From positions 1 to 33,144 of the forward strand of contig JBFJHJ010000034.1 of the NCBI GenBank assembly GCA_041613315.1: 33,144 nucleotides of DNA, read 5' to 3'. This DNA is from Gemmatimonadales bacterium. GTDB lineage: Bacteria > Gemmatimonadota > Gemmatimonadetes > Gemmatimonadales > GWC2-71-9. Below the pieces are notes generated by a model that was given only the letters and a program-made list of their open reading frames with translations, searched no databases and was not told the DNA's origin. The number at the start of each line of letters is the position of its first letter. Positions within the stretch are counted from its first letter, which is position 1. Positions 27,146-33,144 of the stretch are shown one piece after another. Position numbers and translations under genes: made by a program.

Positions 27146-27282
27146 GACCTCAATATGCGGCGCCCGATGGGGCCGACGCGAGACCGCCCCCGCCGCGGCG
27201 GGCGGGCCGCCTCCGAGGACTCCCTGGCCTCCGGCGCGCGGACGGTCTATTCTATTCGCCACCAACCCCGGGGAGCTGCGAC

Positions 27283-29793
27283 GTGACGGAGCATGTCGAG
27301 CGGCTGACCGCCGCGCTGAGCGAGCGTTACACGCTCGTCCGCGAGTTGGGCCGGGGCGGCATGGCGACGGTCTACCTCGCCCGCGACCTCAAGCACGACC
27401 GGCTCGTCGCGATCAAAGTGCTGCGCCCCGAGCTCGCAGCGTCGATCGGTGCCGACCGGTTCCTCCGCGAGATCCAGGTCACGGCGCGTCTCAGCCATCC
27501 GCACATCCTGCCGCTCTACGACTCCGGTGAGGCGGAGGGCTTCCTCTACTACGTCATGCCGTACGTCGAGGGGGAGACCCTGGCGGACCTCCTCGAGCGG
27601 GAGAAGCAGCTTTCTATCACGCAATCGGTGCAGATCGCGCGCGAGGTGGCCGAGGGGCTGAGCCTCGCCCACAGCTACGGCCTGGTGCATCGGGACATCA
27701 AGCCGTCCAACATCATGCTGTCCGGCGGCCACGCCGTGCTGGCGGATTTCGGCATCGCGCGGGCGATCAGCGAAGCCGGGGGTGAGAAGCTGACGCAGAC
27801 CGGGATGGCCGTCGGCACACCGGCGTACATGAGCCCCGAGCAGGCGGCCGGCGAGGCGCAGCTCGACGCGAGGAGCGACATCTACAGCCTGGGGTGCGTG
27901 CTGTACGAGATGATCGTCGGGCAGATCCCGTTCACGGGCCCCACCCCGCAGGCGATCATGGCGCGGCACTCGCTGGACCAGGTCCCGCCGCCGCACATCA
28001 TGCGCCAGACGATCCCCGACGACCTCGAGGACGTCATTCTGGCTGCGCTGGCCAAGGCGCCGGCCGACCGGTTCCACACGGCCGCGGACTTCGTGGACGC
28101 GCTCACGAACGTGGACACGACGACCGCGGTGCACCGGCGCCCATCGCCCGAGGCGACGCGTGGGGGTCGTCGACGCGCCCGCCCGCTTTCGCGCCAGACG
28201 CTCCTCACGGCCGGCGCCATTGTTGCCGCGCTGGCGGGCGGTGTCGCCGTGTGGCAGCTGGGCGGCGGCGGCGGGGCGACGGCCCCCAGCAGTCTCGACC
28301 CGCGCCGCATCGCGGTGCTCTACTTCGACGACCTGAGCCCAAACCGCGCGCTCCAGCACGTCGCGGACGGGCTCACCGAAGGGCTGATCGATCAGCTGGC
28401 CCAGGTGCGGGAGCTGCGCGTCATCTCGCGCAACGGCGTGGCCGCGTTCCGCGACGCGGCGGTGTCGCGCGACAGCGTGGCGCGGGCCCTCGAGGCGGGG
28501 ACGATCGTCGCGGGCAGCGTCGAGCCCGTCGGTGCCGACCGGCTGCGGGTGACCACGCGGCTCATCGATGGGGCTAGCGGTGCGGACTTTGAGCGGGCGA
28601 GCTTCGTCTTGCCGCGGGCCGACCTCTTGGCCGTGCGCGACTCGACCGCCCGCGATCTGTCGCGCTTCCTGCGGGCCCGGCTGGGCGAGGAGATTCGCTT
28701 GCGCGAGCGCCGGGCGGGGACGACGAACGCCGACGCATGGGTCCTGGTGCAGCGGGCCGAGCGGGCCCGCAAAGGCGCCGAGGACCGGCTGGCGCACCAC
28801 GACGGCCATGCGGCCATGGCGGCGTTTCAGCAGGCCGACACGCTGCTGGCGGCGGCCGAGAGCGCGGACCCGCGCTGGGCGGAGCCGCCGCTCCTCCGGG
28901 GACAAATCGCGTACCGCATCGCCAGGCTGCTGCAACACGACGCGCACGGCGCCGTAAACCGGATCCAGACGGCGCTCGCGCACACCGCCCGCGCGTTGGA
29001 GCGAGCCCCGAACGACCCGCAGGCCCTCGAGCTGCGGGGGACGCTGCGGTATTACCACTGGCTGCTGGGCGTGACGCCCGACCCGCGCGAGCGCGACCGG
29101 CTCCTGCAAACGGCGAAACAGGACCTGGAGCACGCGGTGGAGCTCGATCCGTCCCTCGCGAGCGCGCACAGTACGCTGAGCCACCTCTACTATCAAACCA
29201 AGGACCTGGCGGGCGCGGCGCTGGCCGCGCGCCGCGCCTACGAGGAGGATGCGTACCTCGCGGTGGCGAACGACGTCCTGGCGCGCCGCTTCTTCGCGTC
29301 GTACGACCTCGCGCAGTTCACCCAGGCCCGCGAAGCCTGCGCCGAAGGGCGCCGGCGCTTCCCCGGCGACTTCCGGTTCGCGGACTGCCACATCTGGCTC
29401 ATGACGGCGGCGGAGGGCGCCCCCGAAATCGCCGCCGCATGGCGCTGGCTGGCCGCGGTCGACTCGCTCACCCCCGAGGAGCGACGGGCAGCCCAACACC
29501 ATCGCGCCGAGATGGCGGTCGCCGCCGTGCTCGCCCGCGCGGGGCTCGCTGATAGCGCCCGCCGGGTCGCGATCCGGGCCCGCGGCGGCCACGACGTCGA
29601 CCCGCTCGGCGAATTGGTGGTCATCGAGGCCTTCGTGCGCACGATCCTCGGCGAGCGCGACGAGGCGATCCAGCTGCTGAAACGCTATGTGGCCGGCAAC
29701 CCGGGACACGCGTTCCAGCGCGGCGGCGACGTGCACTGGTGGTGGCGAGACCTGCGCGACCGTCCGGAGTTCCGGACGCTCCTCGCCTCGTAG
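27283..29793 (+). CDS. Hanks-type Ser/Thr kinase with TM, TolB-like and TPR domains
   Basis: GRGGMATVY, VAIK, HRDIKPSN, DFG and GTPAYMSPE; TM; IAVLYFDDLS..GLTEGLIDQL module; TPR helices. Confidence 0.94.
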   Translation: MTEHVERLTAALSERYTLVRELGRGGMATVYLARDLKHDRLVAIKVLRPELAASIGADRFLREIQVTARLSHPHILPLYDSGEAEGFLYYVMPYVEGETLADLLEREKQLSITQSVQIAREVAEGLSLAHSYGLVHRDIKPSNIMLSGGHAVLADFGIARAISEAGGEKLTQTGMAVGTPAYMSPEQAAGEAQLDARSDIYSLGCVLYEMIVGQIPFTGPTPQAIMARHSLDQVPPPHIMRQTIPDDLEDVILAALAKAPADRFHTAADFVDALTNVDTTTAVHRRPSPEATRGGRRRARPLSRQTLLTAGAIVAALAGGVAVWQLGGGGGATAPSSLDPRRIAVLYFDDLSPNRALQHVADGLTEGLIDQLAQVRELRVISRNGVAAFRDAAVSRDSVARALEAGTIVAGSVEPVGADRLRVTTRLIDGASGADFERASFVLPRADLLAVRDSTARDLSRFLRARLGEEIRLRERRAGTTNADAWVLVQRAERARKGAEDRLAHHDGHAAMAAFQQADTLLAAAESADPRWAEPPLLRGQIAYRIARLLQHDAHGAVNRIQTALAHTARALERAPNDPQALELRGTLRYYHWLLGVTPDPRERDRLLQTAKQDLEHAVELDPSLASAHSTLSHLYYQTKDLAGAALAARRAYEEDAYLAVANDVLARRFFASYDLAQFTQAREACAEGRRRFPGDFRFADCHIWLMTAAEGAPEIAAAWRWLAAVDSLTPEERRAAQHHRAEMAVAAVLARAGLADSARRVAIRARGGHDVDPLGELVVIEAFVRTILGERDEAIQLLKRYVAGNPGHAFQRGGDVHWWWRDLRDRPEFRTLLAS

Positions 29794-29898
29794 CGGTCGG
29801 CCGGCTCCGCACGGGACAGCAGCTAACCATTTACCGTAGATCGACTTACGTGGAGCGCCCAGCGGGGATCCGCGTCCCCATCTTGCGCGCCGCGCAAT

Positions 29899-29941
29899 TG
29901 TGACGTACATCACCAGCCCGCCGCGAGCTTCCCTCTAGAGC
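29899..29941 (+). promoter_or_regulatory. CRP box plus -10-like element for the CARDB lipoprotein
   Basis: AAT-TGTGA-CGTACA-TCACC (29899-29914), 21-nt spacer, TAGAGC (29936-29941). Confidence 0.7.
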
Positions 29942-29987
29942 GCTCGCGGCTCCGAGACCCTGAGCCATCGCGATCCGGAGAGGCACT

Positions 29988-32624
29988 ATGAAGCGCCCCA
30001 TATTGCTTTCCGTCTCGGTGCTGCTGCTGGTCGGCTGCCAGGACCAGCAGGTACCCACCGAGCCCCTGGTGGACCCGCCGCTCCCGTCCATCTCGGACGG
30101 CGCCCAAGCGGGCGGCAACCCCAACTTCTTCTTCCTACCGCCGATGGTGAAGAACCCGAGCGGCCACCCGGACTTCGACCCGGGCGGGTTCAACGGGACG
30201 CTGTCCCCCACCGTCGAGATCTGTAAGCTCGACGGCAGCGCCTGCGCCGCCTCGCAGGACGCCGGTTTCCCGATCCGGTTCACCAGAACCACCGGTCCCG
30301 GGGGGGAGACGATCCGAGTGAGCGTCACGGACGAGCATTATCACGTGAACTGGCATACCGACCGGTTCAACCTGACGGTGGGCGCGCAGTACCGCATCCA
30401 GGTGATCGGCGCCGCCGACGACCAGGTGTGGGGGTACGCCGACGTGCAGCCCGTGAGCAGCGGTAAGGAGCTGAAGAACCTGACCGACGGGACGGTGATC
30501 GGGCTGGTGGACGGCCGGACGCTGCCGATCAAGTTCCGCCCCGAGTTCGGAGTGTACACCGCAGGCTGCTTCAATAACGACTGTGTCGAGCAGGTCGTGG
30601 GGGCGGGCGGCGGTACGGTCACGACGCCCGAGAAGTTTGCAGGCGTCGAGATCCCCGCCGGCGCGCTGGACAACGACGTCACGATCATCATCGCGCGGGT
30701 GAACACCGCGGAAGGCCCCTGCCTACCGACCGATTTCCAGCAGTTCGAGGGCTGTTACCGGTACGACACCGATCCCGACCTGCGCGAGGTACAGAACAGC
30801 GGACTCGACCAATTCAACGTCAACGTGATCGTCGGCGTCTGCCTGGTACCGGAAAGCGCGGATCAGGTGAACCTGCAGCTCTACAAGTTCGATCCCGAAG
30901 CGGACGAAACCCCGGTGGCCCTGCCGAGTGTCGCGGAAACGTTTCTCGACTGCGTCGGCTTCAACGGCGGCGAGCCGATCGGGGGACTGGCGCCGCGCTG
31001 GCTACGCGACCTGGCCGGCACCGGCTGGCGCGCCGTGCAGCGGCACGTGGGCCCATGGTTCAGCCCTCCGCCGCTCGTGGCCGGCGACAACGGGCTGGGC
31101 GGCCTCACGGGATCGTTCAGCCGCATCGGGTGGCTTCGACCGGCGACCATGAGCCTGAACGGCGGTGACGGCCAGTCGGGACCGATCAACGGCACGCTGG
31201 AAGGGAACCTGTCGGTGCTCGTCCAGGGCACGCACCCCGCCACGGCACCCCTCGGCGGGGCCCTCGTGACGTTCAGCGTGACTGGCGGCGGTGGTGGCCT
31301 GAGGGCGCCGGGCAGCGAGGACGCACTAGCGGCGGAGATCACGGTAACGACGGACGCCGAGGGCATCGCGAGCGCCCGCTGGACGCTGGGCGACGTGGCC
31401 GGCGACCAGACCGTGGTCGCGTCGGCGCCGGCGGACGGCAGCCCCGTCACGTTCACGGCGACGGCGGGAGGGGCGGATCTGATCATCGAGAGCCTGACGC
31501 ACCTGCCGGTAAATCCCAACGCGGCGGACTTGATCGAGTACACGGCCGTCGTGACGAACATCGGCACGGGGCCGTCCGGACCGTTCGTGGTCGTCGTGCA
31601 GGTGAACCGGGACGCCGAGGGCACGCCGGGCGATCTCATCGAGTCGACGTCGTTCTTCCCCAAGTCGCTCCAACCGGGCGAGAGTGTTTCGCTGCGCCGC
31701 CAGCGGACCCTCCAGCTGGCGGCAGGCGACTACATCAACACCGCCTTTGCGGACTTCAATGAAGAGGTGGTGGAAACGAACGAGGACAACAACACGGCGA
31801 CGGACGCGTACACGGTCACCTTGGCGCCCGACCTCATCGTGGAGAGCCTCACTCACGATCCGGCGAACCCGCACTCCGAGGACCTGATCACGTTCACCGC
31901 GGTCGTCACGAACGCGGGCCCGGGACCCGCCCGGCCCTCGACGCTGGAGTTTCGGATCGGTGGCGAGACGCCCGGCGCCCCGGAGACCCAGTTCGCCGTG
32001 CCGGCGCTCGCGGTGGAGCAGTCCTTCACCGTGCAGCGGCAAGCAACGTTGATCGCGCAGAACTACCGGAATACGGCCGTGGCCGACGTCGACAACGACG
32101 TGGGGGAGGCGAACGAGACCAACAACGAGACCACGGACGACTACACGGTCCTCCCGGTGGATCAGAGCAACGATCCGGCGACCGGCACCAGCTTCGGCTG
32201 CGGCGTTTCCGGGACATCGCTGTACCAGAGCTTCACACCGGCGCGCTCTCCGCTGGTGGCGGTGGAGCTCCGCCTTCGGGCCGGCGGGAGTTTCCCCATC
32301 GAGGGGACGACCACGGATATCAATATCCGGGACGAGAGCCCCACCGGCACCATCCTGGCCTCAGCCGCGACGTTGGTGTCGGGACCCCGAGCGACCGGGG
32401 AGCAGATCCTGGTGCGGTTCGAGTTCTCGCCCGACGTGACGGTAACGACGGGAAATCCGCTGGTGATCGAGTGGCTGAGTCCCGCCCCGGAAGGTGAGCA
32501 AGCGGGAACGATCCTGACCTGGATGGGAAGCCAGGACGACCCGTATGCCGGAGGGAATGCGTTCAGCTGCAACACGACCGCGGGGCCCGCCGACGACCTC
32601 AACTTCAGGACGATCTCGCGGTAG
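29988..32624 (+). CDS. Large surface lipoprotein with ZU5-like, Big/Ig-like and two CARDB domains
   Basis: Lipobox LVGC; 'GGTVTT..AGVEIPAGAL' ZU5-like start; 'GGDGQSG...TTDAEGIASARWTLG' Big_1-like; two DLIxESL...ExNExNN CARDB repeats. Confidence 0.85.
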   Translation: MKRPILLSVSVLLLVGCQDQQVPTEPLVDPPLPSISDGAQAGGNPNFFFLPPMVKNPSGHPDFDPGGFNGTLSPTVEICKLDGSACAASQDAGFPIRFTRTTGPGGETIRVSVTDEHYHVNWHTDRFNLTVGAQYRIQVIGAADDQVWGYADVQPVSSGKELKNLTDGTVIGLVDGRTLPIKFRPEFGVYTAGCFNNDCVEQVVGAGGGTVTTPEKFAGVEIPAGALDNDVTIIIARVNTAEGPCLPTDFQQFEGCYRYDTDPDLREVQNSGLDQFNVNVIVGVCLVPESADQVNLQLYKFDPEADETPVALPSVAETFLDCVGFNGGEPIGGLAPRWLRDLAGTGWRAVQRHVGPWFSPPPLVAGDNGLGGLTGSFSRIGWLRPATMSLNGGDGQSGPINGTLEGNLSVLVQGTHPATAPLGGALVTFSVTGGGGGLRAPGSEDALAAEITVTTDAEGIASARWTLGDVAGDQTVVASAPADGSPVTFTATAGGADLIIESLTHLPVNPNAADLIEYTAVVTNIGTGPSGPFVVVVQVNRDAEGTPGDLIESTSFFPKSLQPGESVSLRRQRTLQLAAGDYINTAFADFNEEVVETNEDNNTATDAYTVTLAPDLIVESLTHDPANPHSEDLITFTAVVTNAGPGPARPSTLEFRIGGETPGAPETQFAVPALAVEQSFTVQRQATLIAQNYRNTAVADVDNDVGEANETNNETTDDYTVLPVDQSNDPATGTSFGCGVSGTSLYQSFTPARSPLVAVELRLRAGGSFPIEGTTTDINIRDESPTGTILASAATLVSGPRATGEQILVRFEFSPDVTVTTGNPLVIEWLSPAPEGEQAGTILTWMGSQDDPYAGGNAFSCNTTAGPADDLNFRTISR
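31476..32150 (+). repeat. Tandem duplicated CARDB domains
   Basis: 31476-31817 and 31830-32150 share DLIxESLTH.P.NP...DLI..TAVVTN.G.GP...NTA.AD....V.E.NE.NN..TD.YTV. Confidence 0.85.
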
Positions 32625-32647
32625 CGAATCCCTGAACCCCACGGCTC

Positions 32648-32678
32648 ACGGGGGCCGGAGCCTCGCTCCGGCCCCCGT
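32648..32678. terminator. Hairpin between convergent genes
   Basis: ACGGGGGCCGGAG-CCTCG-CTCCGGCCCCCGT, 13-bp stem. Confidence 0.65.
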
Positions 32679-32707
32679 CGTCGGGCATCGGCCGACCGGG
32701 CGATGCG

Positions 32708-33144
32708 CTACCCTTCCTTCGCGAGCCACCGATAGATCGCCCGCACGTTGAGCGGGAACCACGCCTCGTACTGCCCCCACCCCGCGTAGGCCGGGAGCCG
32801 CACCCGCTCCGCCGCTTCGTCTTCCGTCCACCCCGCGTCCACCGCGCGCTGCACCGCCGCGCGAAGATCGCGGTAATAGGCGATCTGCCGCTCGATCGCG
32901 GCACGGTCCCCCGACGGCCCGTGGCCGAAGACGATCCGCTGGAACGGAATCTCGAGCAGCCGCTCGAGCGCGGTAAAGAACTCAGGAAAGTGGTAGTCCG
33001 GCAGGTCGCGATACCCCACCCTGTCGTTCGACACGAAATCCACCGCGAACGCGATTCGCTCAACCGGCAGATACGTGACGACCATGTTGTCGCTGTGGCT
33101 CCGCCCCAGATAGTGCAGCTCGATCGGTCGCCCACCGAAGTGGA
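32708..33144 (-). CDS. MBL-fold metallo-hydrolase (3' part; start lies outside the window)
   Basis: LHYLGRSHSDNM, FAVDF and IVFGHG motifs; frame is open to the window edge. Confidence 0.85.
   Translation of the reverse strand, partial: HFGGRPIELHYLGRSHSDNMVVTYLPVERIAFAVDFVSNDRVGYRDLPDYHFPEFFTALERLLEIPFQRIVFGHGPSGDRAAIERQIAYYRDLRAAVQRAVDAGWTEDEAAERVRLPAYAGWGQYEAWFPLNVRAIYRWLAKEG

Noticed and set aside
27247..29913. 888-aa minus-strand ORF
   Set aside because: Antisense shadow of the kinase

Overview
GC-rich chromosomal window, most likely from a Gemmatimonadota bacterium. This assignment is an inference from the kinase-TolB-like-TPR protein, the VPS10/BNR hydrolase and the 'CGDxTGP' lipoproteins. 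In order, it encodes: dodecin, a BNR/VPS10 hydrolase, a CPA1 antiporter, cardiolipin synthase, an E. coli-type fumarate reductase frdABCD plus a hypothetical gene, a Tat-exported FAD oxidoreductase, a DinB-family protein, an atypical Crp/Fnr regulator, a coiled-coil lipoprotein, bactofilin, four unknown lipoproteins/partners, tRNA-Lys(CTT), a further small lipoprotein, a TonB-dependent receptor, two tRNA-Glu genes, a lone receiver domain, a PAS-GGDEF-EAL protein, Tag glycosylase, a HAD hydrolase, a Ser/Thr kinase, a CARDB lipoprotein and a partial MBL hydrolase. No CRISPR array, integrase or transposase is visible. The strongest hidden signal is regulatory. Eight intergenic TGTGA-N6-TCACA-type CRP boxes are present, and five of them lie exactly 21 nt from a -10-like hexamer (class II, -41.5 geometry). 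The genes behind them are bactofilin, the c-di-GMP enzyme, surface lipoproteins, the oxidoreductase and the local Crp gene itself. That Crp has an intact CRP recognition helix, a degenerate cAMP pocket and a duplicated wing. Two small gene remnants not annotated in the ORF track are also present.
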